This document shows, piece by piece, positions 1 to 9,345 of a DNA stretch of 21,014 bases (position 1 is the stretch's first letter; every line of letters begins with the position of its first letter). This DNA comes from Candidatus Heimdallarchaeota archaeon (GTDB lineage: Archaea; Asgardarchaeota; Heimdallarchaeia; Heimdallarchaeales; Heimdallarchaeaceae). The position numbers were made by a program, and so were the translations under genes. The DNA lies in assembly GCA_016839945.1 (NCBI GenBank), contig JAEOTE010000155.1:1-21014 (forward strand), read 5' to 3'. The notes beneath the pieces are model-generated. The model worked only from the letters and a program-made list of their open reading frames with translations, was not told where the DNA came from and did not search any database.

Positions 1-93
1 GTTGAATACTGTCCAGTCGAAATAAATGCACTTACTGTAGCAGAAGCTCTGTACGGTGAAGTTGGTCAAACAAAGGAGGTTTTAGATTTATGA
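1..93 (+). CDS. hydB: C-terminal fragment of group 3b sulfhydrogenase beta (4Fe-4S) subunit, truncated by window edge
   Basis: Frame 1 reads VEYCPVEINALTVAEALYGEVGQTKEVLDL*. CPxxI is the tail of a ferredoxin-type CxxCxxCxxxCP motif. Its stop overlaps the gamma-subunit start (ATGA at 90-93), and the position fits the beta-gamma-delta-alpha order. Confidence 0.75.
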   Translation, partial: VEYCPVEINALTVAEALYGEVGQTKEVLDL

Positions 94-950
94 GTATTCA
101 GAAATGTGATGATGAAGAAATAAATACTTACAAAGCTCAACCTGCAAAAATCTTGTCTATAAAAGATCTTACAGAAGATACCAGGTATTTCAAGGTAAGA
201 TTTGTAGATGAAAGCATAATTGAAGAAGAATATAGACCTGGACAATTTGCAATAATGTCCATTCCTGGAGTTGGAGAAGCAGTATTTTCAATTTCTTCCC
301 CACCAACAAGAACAGATTTTATTGAATTTGGAATTAGAAAGGTTGGATCCTTCACTGAAGCTTTATTCAAACTCAAAGAAGGTGATATAATCTATCTCAG
401 AGGACCTTATGGTGATGGCTTTGATATGGCAGGATTAAAAGGTAGAGATCTGATTATTGTTTCTGGAGGACTAGGTGCTGTTCCATTAAGATCAGTTTTA
501 CTCTATGTAGAAGACAGAAGAGAAGAATATAATCAAGTATTTTTCTTGAATGGAGCAAGAAGTCCAGCAGACATGTTGTACCGAGAAGATTTCATAGCAA
601 TGGCATCAAGAGGAATAATTGAAACACATCTATCTGTTGATAAAGATGATACTGGTGAATGGCCATACAATGAAGGTTTTGTAACAGCTCTTTTCCCAAA
701 GATAGCAGATAGGGTGGTAAGTGAGAAAACTACTGCACTAATTTGTGGGCCTCCAATAATGTACAAGAATGTGATAAAAGAATTGTTGAAACTTAATATT
801 CCTAAAGATCAGATTTTGATGACACTCGAAAGAAGGATGAAGTGTGGTCAAGGTCATTGTGGTCATTGTGCTATTGAGGGTCGTTATACTTGTCTAGAAG
901 GACCTGTATTTACATACTATGATGTGCAACGCATCAAGGAGTTGATCTAA
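90..950 (+). CDS. hydG: Sulfhydrogenase gamma subunit (FAD/NAD(P)-binding, [2Fe-2S]; FNR/PyrK-like)
   Basis: RPGQF, FSISS, RGPYGDGF, GGLGAVPLRS and CGPPIM motifs; C-terminal ERRMKCGQGHCGHC...TCLEGPVF [2Fe-2S] motif; GGAGG RBS at about 75-79. Confidence 0.92.
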   Translation: MSIQKCDDEEINTYKAQPAKILSIKDLTEDTRYFKVRFVDESIIEEEYRPGQFAIMSIPGVGEAVFSISSPPTRTDFIEFGIRKVGSFTEALFKLKEGDIIYLRGPYGDGFDMAGLKGRDLIIVSGGLGAVPLRSVLLYVEDRREEYNQVFFLNGARSPADMLYREDFIAMASRGIIETHLSVDKDDTGEWPYNEGFVTALFPKIADRVVSEKTTALICGPPIMYKNVIKELLKLNIPKDQILMTLERRMKCGQGHCGHCAIEGRYTCLEGPVFTYYDVQRIKELI

Positions 951-1745
951 ATGTGGCAAAGAGAAAAGAAACCTATAGTGGGAGTATTTGGTTTTAGTGG
1001 TTGCGCTGGAGATCAATTGGCAATTCTTCATATGGAAGATGAATTAGTAGACTTCTTCACAAGTGCTGACATAAAGTTCTTTCATATGGCTCAATCCCAC
1101 CAAGAGGTTCCTAAAGTTGATATTGCTGTTGTAGAAGGGAGCATCAACACTGATAAACAGCTAAAGGAACTAGAAGAGATTAGAGAAATGGCTGATGTAG
1201 TTGTAGCAATTGGTACTTGTGCTTGCTATGGTGGCATCCAATATCTTGGTGAAAATCAAGAAGAATTCAATGAAAGAATGCAATACGTTTATGGCAAAGA
1301 TGGAGTTGTTCCTGAGTTTTCTGATCTTGTTGGACAACCAAATGCGGCTAAACCAATCAGCGACTTTATTAAGGTTGATTATGCAATTCCTGGATGTCCA
1401 ATTTCTAAGGAAAATTTTATTCCAATTTATGCGAAACTTATTTCAGGACTTTATCCACAGAAGTATCCATATCCTGTTTGTGTTGAATGTAAGTACGAAG
1501 GTAATGATTGTTTTCTACTTCATGGAAAATTCTGTTTAGGTCCAGTTACTGCTGCAGGATGCAGAGCTGTTTGTCCAAGTTTTGATGTATCTTGTGTAGG
1601 ATGTTTTGGAACATATGAAGGTGCAAATTATCCTTCACTGTATGATAAACTAAAGGAAATTGGATTAACAGAAGAAGATGTTACTCGCAAACTCAAGATG
1701 TTTGGGGGAGATGCAGTAGAAAAAATACTAAAAGGTGAAGAATAA
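951..1745 (+). CDS. hydD: Group 3b [NiFe]-hydrogenase small (delta) subunit
   Basis: GCAGD, VEGSI, GTCACYGG and PGCP proximal-cluster region, followed by CVEC...C...CLGPVT..GC...CP....SCVGCFG. Abuts the hydG stop codon. Confidence 0.93.
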   Translation: MWQREKKPIVGVFGFSGCAGDQLAILHMEDELVDFFTSADIKFFHMAQSHQEVPKVDIAVVEGSINTDKQLKELEEIREMADVVVAIGTCACYGGIQYLGENQEEFNERMQYVYGKDGVVPEFSDLVGQPNAAKPISDFIKVDYAIPGCPISKENFIPIYAKLISGLYPQKYPYPVCVECKYEGNDCFLLHGKFCLGPVTAAGCRAVCPSFDVSCVGCFGTYEGANYPSLYDKLKEIGLTEEDVTRKLKMFGGDAVEKILKGEE

Positions 1746-3031
1746 TGGCAGAAAAAACAGTTAGTGTAGATGTTCTAGCAAGAGTAGAAGGTGATGGGGG
1801 AATTCAAGTATATACAAAAGATGGTAAAGTAGACAAGGTTCTAGTAAACATCTTTGAAGGCCCTAGAATGATTGAAGCTCTTGTTAGAGGTAAAACTATA
1901 CATGAGAATCTCTCTCTTGTAGCTAGAATTTGCGCAATTTGTACAGTTTCTCACAGATATGCTTCAGCAAAAGCTATTGAGAAAGCGTTAAATGTTGAAG
2001 TAACCGAAAAAATCAAATTGTTAAGACATCTTTGGCATTTTGCTGAATATATAGAATCACATGTCCTACATGTTTATTACTTAACTCTCCCAGATTTCTT
2101 CAAACAACCATCAGCTATTGCTCTTCTTCCAACACATACAGATACAGTGATAGAAGCTGTAGAACTGAAGAAATATGGTACTGAATTAATGAAACTCTTA
2201 CATGGAAGGAAAATACATGGTGAGAATGCGATTATTGGTGGTTTTGGGAAACTTCCAACAGATGAGGAATTGGACTATTTTGTTGAAAAAGCTATTGAAT
2301 ACAAAGAAAGACTTTCCAAATTCTTAGATGTTTTTGCTTCATTAGAAATTCCAGATTACTGTGAAAGAGAAACAGTATTTATGTGCTGTAATCCTCCAAA
2401 TAATGAGTTTGGATTTGAAGGTGAAAGTATTCTGATATCTACTGGAGAAGAATATCCTGTAGAAGAATATAAAAAACTGACAAACGAGAGAGTAGTATCA
2501 CATAGTTATGCTAAAAGATCAAAATACAATGACAAACCATTTACAGTAGGAGCTTTAGCAAGATTGTTACTAATAGGAGACCGGTTAACTGGAGAAGCTA
2601 AAGAAAAATTTGATGCAATTTATAATGAAAGATGGAAAGTGAATCCCCTATATAACAATCATGCGCAACTAATTGAAACTTTATGGTGTTTTGAACAGAT
2701 ACCTGATTTAATAGCTAAAATTAAAGATCTACCAGATCCAGAAGTTGTTGAAGTAACTCAATTGGATGGAATTGCATCTGCAGCAGTAGAAGCTCCAAGA
2801 GGAATTCTATATCATACATATGATATTAAGGATGGAAAGATGGTTAATGCTGATATAATCACACCTACAGCTCAATTTCTAGATGATGTTGAAGAATACA
2901 TTAGAACAGCAGCAGAGAAATTATTGGCAGAAAATCATCCTGAGACAGAGCTTCAATTAGAAATGATTGCAAGAGCATATGATCCTTGCATTTCTTGTAG
3001 CTGTCATATGGTAAAATTGGTGAGACAATAA
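1745..3031 (+). CDS. hydA: Group 3b [NiFe]-hydrogenase large (alpha) subunit
   Basis: RVEG, L1 motif RICAIC, EAPRG, L2 motif DPCISCSCH followed by a 7-aa cleavable tail MVKLVRQ. TAATG overlap with hydD. Confidence 0.95.
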   Translation: MAEKTVSVDVLARVEGDGGIQVYTKDGKVDKVLVNIFEGPRMIEALVRGKTIHENLSLVARICAICTVSHRYASAKAIEKALNVEVTEKIKLLRHLWHFAEYIESHVLHVYYLTLPDFFKQPSAIALLPTHTDTVIEAVELKKYGTELMKLLHGRKIHGENAIIGGFGKLPTDEELDYFVEKAIEYKERLSKFLDVFASLEIPDYCERETVFMCCNPPNNEFGFEGESILISTGEEYPVEEYKKLTNERVVSHSYAKRSKYNDKPFTVGALARLLLIGDRLTGEAKEKFDAIYNERWKVNPLYNNHAQLIETLWCFEQIPDLIAKIKDLPDPEVVEVTQLDGIASAAVEAPRGILYHTYDIKDGKMVNADIITPTAQFLDDVEEYIRTAAEKLLAENHPETELQLEMIARAYDPCISCSCHMVKLVRQ

Positions 3032-3490
3032 TTGTCCCCCAAAATTTCTTTTTTTCAAGATATTGATGTTGAAACTATAGCTTTTTTTTGTTTAGGTAAT
3101 AGAGATAGATCTGATGATGCAGTAGGTTTGATTGTTGCAGATAAACTTATAAGAATCTATCCAAAAAATGTTTTTTCTGAGGAATTAGAAGATATTTCTA
3201 CCTTTTTAGTTGATGTAATAGAGAAGGATATTTATGAACATATTGTGATAATAGATGCAGTTGATTTTAATGCAAGCCCAGGATCAATACTAATTACCTC
3301 TGATATTTCAAATGAGATTCGTCCAATAACTACACATACAATTCCAATTAGTCAGATAAAGGAAATTGTGAAATCACAGAATAAACATTTTACACTTGTA
3401 GGAATACAAGTTAGTTCTATCAAATTTATGGGAGAAGTATCCAAAGAAGTTTTGAGAGCTGCAAAAGAGGTAGTTAATTTATTATCTTAA
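3032..3490 (+). CDS. hycI: Hydrogenase maturation endopeptidase (HycI/HyaD family)
   Basis: LGNRDRSDDAVG, IIDAV and TTHTIP motifs. The TTG start immediately follows the large-subunit stop, with GGTGAG upstream. Confidence 0.88.
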   Translation: MSPKISFFQDIDVETIAFFCLGNRDRSDDAVGLIVADKLIRIYPKNVFSEELEDISTFLVDVIEKDIYEHIVIIDAVDFNASPGSILITSDISNEIRPITTHTIPISQIKEIVKSQNKHFTLVGIQVSSIKFMGEVSKEVLRAAKEVVNLLS

Positions 3491-3502
3491 ATTCCAACAC
3501 AC

Positions 3503-3514
3503 AAACTTATAAAT
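3503..3514 (+). promoter_or_regulatory. Putative BRE/TATA box for the sulfotransferase gene
   Basis: AAACTTATAAAT about 37 nt upstream of ATG 3551, with a GGGAG RBS-like element in between. Confidence 0.45.
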
Positions 3515-3550
3515 TTCCTCTAAAAATAAATCTGCAGGGAGATACACGAG

Positions 3551-4624
3551 ATGATAGGGGCATATTTTCATGTCTGGATAAAAACTCTCTGGAAAAATCG
3601 ATTTAATGTCAGTCTTTTAAGATTTCATGTATTATTTGTTATAACATTAATGACATTTATGCAGTATCCTCTAGCCATAATAGAGAATCTCATGTTAAGA
3701 AGAAAGATCAAAAAAACAAAAATAGACAAAGATCCTGTCTTCATATTAGGTCATCAAAGAAGTGGAACAACTCATCTTTATAGACTGATGTCAAAGGATG
3801 AGTCGTTTTTATACACTAAATTAATTGATATATCCTATCCTTTGGTTTTTAGATACTTTAGGAAGATTGTTACATTTTTAACAACAACCTTCATGCCAGA
3901 AGAAAGACCAATGGATAGTATGGTTCTTGCAATTGACGAACCAGAAGAACATGAACTTGCAATTGCTTCATTCAATGGACTCTCGTATATAGTTGGGTAT
4001 ATGTTCCTCAATAACTTTCAGAAATATGAGATCTATGGAGGTTTTGAAAAAGCAACTGAAAAAGAAAGAGTAAAATGGATAAAGGACTTTCAATACTTCT
4101 TGAAGAAACTAATCGTGGAATATGGGAATAAAACACTTTTACTTAAATCACCTAATGACACAGAAAGAATACCTCTTCTACTAGAGCTGTTTCCTAATGC
4201 AAAATTCATTCACATTTATAGAGATCCATATCGCGTATTCTTATCCACAAAGAAATTATTCATTAAGAACAATAGAGACACTCATCTACAAAAGATAAAG
4301 ATAGATCTGGATGATTTTGCTATAAAGCACTATAATAAAATGTATAAGAAATTCTATGAAGATATCGCACTAATTCCTAAAGGTCAATTTATAGAAATAG
4401 CATACGAAAGTCTTGTTCAAAATCCTCTAGTAGAGCTTGAAAATATTTATGCTGAACTATCAATTCCAGGTTTCAAAAAAACTAAAAAGAATTTTGAAAA
4501 CTATCTGAATTCAATAAAGGATTATAAAGTTACAAAGTACGAAACAGATGAAGAACTAAAATCAAAAATTTATGCTGAATTATCATTTACTGCAAAGAAA
4601 TGGGGATATGTAAAAAATAATTAA
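3551..4624 (+). CDS. PAPS-dependent sulfotransferase (Sulfotransfer_3 / Stf3-like)
   Basis: 5'-PSB loop PVFILGHQRSGTTHL, LLKSP, 3'-PB motif FIHIYRDPY..FLS, and YESLVQNP. Confidence 0.88.
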   Translation: MIGAYFHVWIKTLWKNRFNVSLLRFHVLFVITLMTFMQYPLAIIENLMLRRKIKKTKIDKDPVFILGHQRSGTTHLYRLMSKDESFLYTKLIDISYPLVFRYFRKIVTFLTTTFMPEERPMDSMVLAIDEPEEHELAIASFNGLSYIVGYMFLNNFQKYEIYGGFEKATEKERVKWIKDFQYFLKKLIVEYGNKTLLLKSPNDTERIPLLLELFPNAKFIHIYRDPYRVFLSTKKLFIKNNRDTHLQKIKIDLDDFAIKHYNKMYKKFYEDIALIPKGQFIEIAYESLVQNPLVELENIYAELSIPGFKKTKKNFENYLNSIKDYKVTKYETDEELKSKIYAELSFTAKKWGYVKNN

Positions 4625-4652
4625 TTGCATTTTTACAGAAGCTCGAAATAAG

Positions 4653-4660
4653 TTTTTATA
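4653..4660 (+). promoter_or_regulatory. Putative TATA box, leaderless transcript of the GPH transporter
   Basis: TTTTTATA ends 24 nt before TTG 4685, the spacing typical of leaderless archaeal mRNAs. Confidence 0.4.
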
Positions 4661-4684
4661 GGACTATTCTGTTAATAGCGTATT

Positions 4685-6064
4685 TTGAAAAAGAAGAAAG
4701 AACGAAAAGCACTACATATGGTTTCATATGCTTCGATGATGCTAGCGAGTTCTACTTCTATTAATTTTCTAAACGCTAGAATTTTCAACTTTTATACAGA
4801 CGAAGTCGGTATGGATGTTATTTGGATTCCATTAGTAATGACTATTTATGCTATATGGAACAGTGTTAATGATCCTCTTTTTGGTTGGATATCTGATAAA
4901 ACTCGAACTCGTTGGGGAAGGCGTTTTCCATATGTAATGTTCGGTTTTATTCCGTTCATATTAGCGTTTATAGCTATTTGGTTAATTCCTGATGCTTTGG
5001 TTGATAGTCAAAAAACTATTGTTACTTGGATGTTGTTAACACTTCTAATTTTTGATTCATTATTCACAGTCGTAGTCCTTTCTTGGCATTCTCTTTTCCC
5101 AGAAAAATTTACTGATGCAAAAGATAGAAACATAGTATCTGCTATCAGACAAATTTTCTCACTGATTGCTATAGTAGTAGCTTTAGTTGTTGCTCCACTT
5201 ATGTTTGAATATGGTAATAGAAAATCATATACTGCTCCAATCCTAATGTTAGGTGGATTAATTCTTCTTGGATTCCTGCTCTCATTTTATGGAGTCAGAG
5301 ATAAAGAACTAGTGAAAAAATATGAGGAAACAAAAACAATTGAGACAGAGGAAAAAGAGAAGATTAGTTTCAAAGAATCTTTTGTACAAATTTTCAAAAA
5401 CAAAAATCTCTTTGCATTTGTCTTTGCATTTTGTTTTGCAAATATTGCTTATCTAACATTAATGGCAATGGTTCCCTATATGGTAAAATGGGTGTTTGTA
5501 GAATCCTCAAACTATGAGAGTTACATCCAAGGAACTGCAATGGGAGTTGCTATATTGTCCTTTGCCTTTTGGATATACATCTCAATAAAGAAAGGACCAA
5601 AATTAGTGTATATTCTTTGTGGAACAATATTCTTCGTTTCTCTTATACCTCTAGCATTTGCAACAACAAGTTGGGCATGGGTAGCTATTTTGTTAATGGT
5701 TGGAGTAGGATTTGCAATTTCAGGTTTACTACTAATCCCAGAAGTACTTCTTTCAGAAGTAATAGATGATGATTTTCAGAAACATGGGAAGAAAAGAGAA
5801 GGAATGTTCTTTGGGATATATGGATTCTTCTTAAGAATAGCTATTGTTTTTGAATCCTATCTTATTACAATAATACTAAATGCAACAGGTTATGATGCAA
5901 ATGCTGCAGCTCAAACAGAATTAGCAAAAAAAGGAATTAAGATAATAATGGTAGGTGTCCCTATTGTCTGTTTTACTTTAGGAATTCTACTGCTTTTCTT
6001 CTTCTATGATGTATCAAGAAAAAGACTAGGAATTAAAACTGATAAACGATTTTCTATATTTTAA
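4685..6064 (+). CDS. MFS transporter, glycoside-pentoside-hexuronide (MelB/MFS_2) family
   Basis: WNSVNDPLFGWISDKTRTRWGRRFPY signature, SEVIDDD...KREGMFFG motif, about 12 hydrophobic segments. Start may be TTG 4685 or a slightly later ATG. Confidence 0.88.
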   Translation: MKKKKERKALHMVSYASMMLASSTSINFLNARIFNFYTDEVGMDVIWIPLVMTIYAIWNSVNDPLFGWISDKTRTRWGRRFPYVMFGFIPFILAFIAIWLIPDALVDSQKTIVTWMLLTLLIFDSLFTVVVLSWHSLFPEKFTDAKDRNIVSAIRQIFSLIAIVVALVVAPLMFEYGNRKSYTAPILMLGGLILLGFLLSFYGVRDKELVKKYEETKTIETEEKEKISFKESFVQIFKNKNLFAFVFAFCFANIAYLTLMAMVPYMVKWVFVESSNYESYIQGTAMGVAILSFAFWIYISIKKGPKLVYILCGTIFFVSLIPLAFATTSWAWVAILLMVGVGFAISGLLLIPEVLLSEVIDDDFQKHGKKREGMFFGIYGFFLRIAIVFESYLITIILNATGYDANAAAQTELAKKGIKIIMVGVPIVCFTLGILLLFFFYDVSRKRLGIKTDKRFSIF

Positions 6065-6076
6065 ATTCATACCAAG

Positions 6077-6095
6077 CTTTTCTTTTAATTTTTTT
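6077..6095 (+). terminator. Putative archaeal oligo-T terminator
   Basis: CTTTTTCTTTTAATTTTTTT-type T-rich tract shortly after the stop at 6064. Confidence 0.4.
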
Positions 6096-6139
6096 CCAAA
6101 ACTCTTAAAATAAAAACTGAAATTTTATATGGGATTATA

Positions 6140-7615
6140 ATGGTTGAATCTACAGCAAAAACAAATGAAGTAAAAATTATTGCATTAATCTTTGCTGTAG
6201 GATCAGGGATTTTTATAACAACATCAGATGCATCTGTTATAGTTTTACTTCTAAATACAATCAAAGTCGATTTTGGGAGTCAACAGAATGAAATTCAATG
6301 GGTGATTCTTGCTTATCTTATGGTTATGATGGCATTTACAACATTACTGGGGGACTTAGGAGACAAATATGGAAATAAGATACTTTTCCAGATAGGTATT
6401 GGAATCTTTATCCTTGGATGTATTCTTTGTTTCTTCTCTCACTCATTAGCTTTCCTTATCGTTTCAAGAGTGATTCTGTCTATAGGCGTTGCATCAATAA
6501 TATCAAATGGAATGGCGATGCTAACTTATTTCACGACAACAGAGAACAGAGGAACAGTAATGGGGTTAACCAATTTATTGATAGGATTTTCTGTTCTAAT
6601 AGGAACTGTGCTAGCTTCAGTTATTACAGACTATTTTAACTGGAATAGCTCATTTTTCATTAATATTCCAATAGGCATTTTAAGCTTAGTTCTAATGCAT
6701 TTCTTGATTCCTGAAACTTTAGTATCAGAAAAAAAAGAAAAAACAGACTGGAAAGGAGCTTTTGTTTTTGCATCCTTTCTTTCTCTTTTAGTTTTGAGTT
6801 TAAGTATAGGTGTGGATCTAAAAATAAATCGAGGTTTCATGTGGGCTGGAATCATTTTATTTATTAGTTTGGTTTTTCTCACATTCTTTATACTAATAGA
6901 AAGAAAAATCCAAAATCCTCTGATAGAACTAGAATTATTCAGAAACAAGAAAATATCAGTAGGCGTTATAACTTCCACAATAGCCGAATTTGGTATGATT
7001 TGCATAATATACTTGTTCCCATTTTATCTACAAGAAATTCAAGGAATGACAAATATAATTCAAGTTGGATTAATCATAGCAGGTGTCCCAGTAGGTATGC
7101 CTATACTATCAGCTATTGCTGGGAAATTATCAGATAAAATAGATGCGAGAATAATAACAGCAATTGGATTATTTGGAATGTCTGTTACTTTCTTAATTCT
7201 AATATTTGTGATTGAAGTTAATACTCCTATATGGGCTCTAGTTCTTGTATCCATCCTTATGGGAGCTTCATTTGGAACCTTTCTAATACCAAACAATAAT
7301 TCACTGATGACTGCAGCGCCAGAGGAAAAACTAGGTGTTATAGGCGCTTTAAGTAGATTAAGCATGACTGTTGGAATCAGCTTAGGTACAGTAATGTCTG
7401 CAAGTATTTTTGTTTTAACTGGAAATATCTTAGAAAATAAAACAGGTTTAGGAGTGGATTACCCGCCAAATTATGTTCAATCTATGCGAGTAGTTTTCAT
7501 TGTTTTCTGTATAATTGTTCTATTAGGTGCTATATATTCCTATACTAGAGGACCAGAAGAAAGAGAAAAAGAAGTTACTCCTCAAGAAGAGGAGGTTAGT
7601 AAATCTATTACATAG
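6140..7615 (+). CDS. MFS drug:H+ antiporter, DHA2 (EmrB/QacA) 14-TMS family
   Basis: QWVILAYL, motif A variant GDLGDKYGNK, FFINIPIG, PLIELELFRN, GKLSDKIDAR; about 14 TM segments. Overlaps the convergent pdxT by 8 bp. Confidence 0.88.
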   Translation: MVESTAKTNEVKIIALIFAVGSGIFITTSDASVIVLLLNTIKVDFGSQQNEIQWVILAYLMVMMAFTTLLGDLGDKYGNKILFQIGIGIFILGCILCFFSHSLAFLIVSRVILSIGVASIISNGMAMLTYFTTTENRGTVMGLTNLLIGFSVLIGTVLASVITDYFNWNSSFFINIPIGILSLVLMHFLIPETLVSEKKEKTDWKGAFVFASFLSLLVLSLSIGVDLKINRGFMWAGIILFISLVFLTFFILIERKIQNPLIELELFRNKKISVGVITSTIAEFGMICIIYLFPFYLQEIQGMTNIIQVGLIIAGVPVGMPILSAIAGKLSDKIDARIITAIGLFGMSVTFLILIFVIEVNTPIWALVLVSILMGASFGTFLIPNNNSLMTAAPEEKLGVIGALSRLSMTVGISLGTVMSASIFVLTGNILENKTGLGVDYPPNYVQSMRVVFIVFCIIVLLGAIYSYTRGPEEREKEVTPQEEEVSKSIT

Positions 7616-8216
7616 AAAGAAAGTATTTGTGTATTCTAGAATCTTCAGTTAGTTCAGGATGGAAAGTACAAGCTAATACAGATTCGTTTCTAGCTAGAAT
7701 AGTTACATCTCTATGAGTTGATAGAACCTCTATATCTGGAGAATTTACTGAAATAATTTGTGGTGCACGAATAAAAACACCGTGAAAGTCTTTTGGATTA
7801 AAATCCTTGATTCTTAGCTTTACTTCAAAAGAATCAATTTGTCGTCCATAAGCATTACGTGCAGTAGATATATCTATTAATCCTAATCCTTCAAATGGAT
7901 CATTTTCTGATTGTCTTTCAATTTCTGTACTTAAAAGAACTACTCCTGCACATACTCCAAAAATCTTCATTCCTTCAGAGTGTTTCTGTATAATCTTTTT
8001 TCTAAGATTTTCTTCAGATTGATGCACAATACTCAATTTACTCATAACAGTGGATTCTCCACCAGGAATAATTAAGTGAGTTATAGGTTCGATATCTTTT
8101 TTTGTTTTAACTAAAGTAACCGGATAATTGAGGTCATTCATAGCTCTTCTGACAGCTAGAACATGTTCTCGAAAGTCTCCTTGAAGAGCTAGTACCCCAA
8201 CTATTGGTTCTTGCAT
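7608..8216 (-). CDS. pdxT: PLP synthase glutaminase subunit PdxT (SNO)
   Basis: GVLALQGDFREH, IIPGGEST, FGVCAG (catalytic Cys), RNAYGRQIDSF, FIRAP, FHPELT. 1-bp overlap with the pdxS stop. Confidence 0.96.
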   Translation of the reverse strand: MQEPIVGVLALQGDFREHVLAVRRAMNDLNYPVTLVKTKKDIEPITHLIIPGGESTVMSKLSIVHQSEENLRKKIIQKHSEGMKIFGVCAGVVLLSTEIERQSENDPFEGLGLIDISTARNAYGRQIDSFEVKLRIKDFNPKDFHGVFIRAPQIISVNSPDIEVLSTHRDVTILARNESVLACTFHPELTEDSRIHKYFLSM

Positions 8217-9172
8217 TAGATATCTGCTCCCCTCTCTTGCATACTTAATTCCATTTTATCTGTTTCAATACCAAACATAGTCTTTTGCTCATCGATCATC
8301 TCTTGAGCTTCAAGAACTTTAGCAGGATCATTGAAATGAGTTGTAGCAAGAACAATAGCTCTAGCTCTATTTTCTGGATCTTCAGCTTTGAAAATACCTG
8401 AACCAACGAATATTCCATCAGCTCCTAATAGCATCATTTCAGCTGCATCAGCAGGAGTTGCAATTCCTCCAGCAGAGAAATTCACTACAGGTAATCTTCC
8501 TAATCTACAGGTTTCTATAAGAGTGTCTAAAGAAACTTTGAGTGTCCGAGCTGTAGCCATAAGCTGTTGACCATCATTGTTCTCATACAATTTCTTTGCA
8601 TGCTCAATCCCATTAAGATACCTTCGCATGTGTTTTATAGCATGAGCTACGTTTCCAGTTCCTGGTTCACCTTTAGTTCTGATCATAGCAGCTCCTTCCT
8701 CGATCCTTCGAAGAGCTTCACCTAAGTCTCTAGCTCCGCAAACAAATGGAGTGTGGAAAGGCCATTTCCAAATATGTCTTTCTTCATCAGCAGGAGTAAG
8801 AACCTCACTTTCATCTACTAAATCTACACCGATAGCTTCCAAAACCTTAGCTTCATATGTGTGACCAATTCGACATTTAGCCATAATCGGAATACTAACT
8901 GCTCCCATTACTTCTCTAATTTTATCGACACTAGCAGTACGAGCAATTCCTCCAACTTTTCTAACATCAAAGGGAAGTTTATCTAAAACCATCACAGAAA
9001 CAGCACCAGCTTTTTCAGCTATACGTGCCTGTTCAGCATTGGTCACATCCATAACGACTCCACCTTTTAACATGTCAGCAAAGCCATATTTGACCTTAAC
9101 AGTGCCTTTAATTTCACCATCTTTCTCAATTTCACCAATATGTCTGTAATCCCAATAATCTTTCAATTTCAT
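8216..9172 (-). CDS. pdxS: PLP synthase lyase subunit PdxS (SNZ), archaeal type
   Basis: [55 protein letters not shown]. Start reassigned to ATG 9172 (MKLKDYWDY) because it has a GAGGT RBS, and the longer 9217 start falls inside the promoter/operator region. Confidence 0.96.
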   Translation of the reverse strand: MKLKDYWDYRHIGEIEKDGEIKGTVKVKYGFADMLKGGVVMDVTNAEQARIAEKAGAVSVMVLDKLPFDVRKVGGIARTASVDKIREVMGAVSIPIMAKCRIGHTYEAKVLEAIGVDLVDESEVLTPADEERHIWKWPFHTPFVCGARDLGEALRRIEEGAAMIRTKGEPGTGNVAHAIKHMRRYLNGIEHAKKLYENNDGQQLMATARTLKVSLDTLIETCRLGRLPVVNFSAGGIATPADAAEMMLLGADGIFVGSGIFKAEDPENRARAIVLATTHFNDPAKVLEAQEMIDEQKTMFGIETDKMELSMQERGADI

Positions 9173-9183
9173 TACCTCTTTAA

Positions 9184-9205
9184 TATACAAGTCGAAACTT
9201 GTATA
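9184..9205. promoter_or_regulatory. Perfect inverted repeat, putative operator O1 upstream of pdxS
   Basis: TATACAAGT-cgaa-ACTTGTATA: 9-bp perfect arms with a 4-nt spacer, 11 nt upstream of the pdxS ATG. Confidence 0.7.
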
Positions 9206-9210
9206 ATTGA

Positions 9211-9232
9211 TATTCAAGTTAAATCTTGTATA
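9211..9232. promoter_or_regulatory. Second copy of the same palindrome, putative operator O2
   Basis: TATtCAAGT-taaa-tCTTGTATA: same geometry, 2 arm mismatches versus O1, offset by 27 bp. Confidence 0.65.
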
Positions 9233-9235
9233 CGT

Positions 9236-9250
9236 GTTTATAACCTTTTT
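9236..9250 (-). promoter_or_regulatory. BRE-TATA promoter of pdxST
   Basis: Minus strand reads AAAAAGG-TTATAAAC, a purine-rich BRE followed by a TATA box. The predicted TSS at about 9210-9215 lies at the O1/O2 junction. Confidence 0.6.
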
Positions 9251-9345
9251 GTTATGAAGATAAAAAAAGAAAAAAAATCTTTACTTTATTTTTTTAAAGA
9301 ACAATATATTCATATTAATATTAAAAACAAGTTTTGGAGAACAAA

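Noticed and set aside
137-8570. Shadow ORFs 137-376, 533-766, 1210-1539, 5569-5769, 6418-6639, 6631-7005, 7060-7365, 8388-8570
   Set aside because: They lie entirely within well-supported genes, antisense or out of frame, and have no motifs.
9173-9217. 15-codon N-terminal extension of PdxS in the ORF track
   Set aside because: It runs through the palindromes and the predicted TSS; ATG 9172 has a GAGGT RBS.
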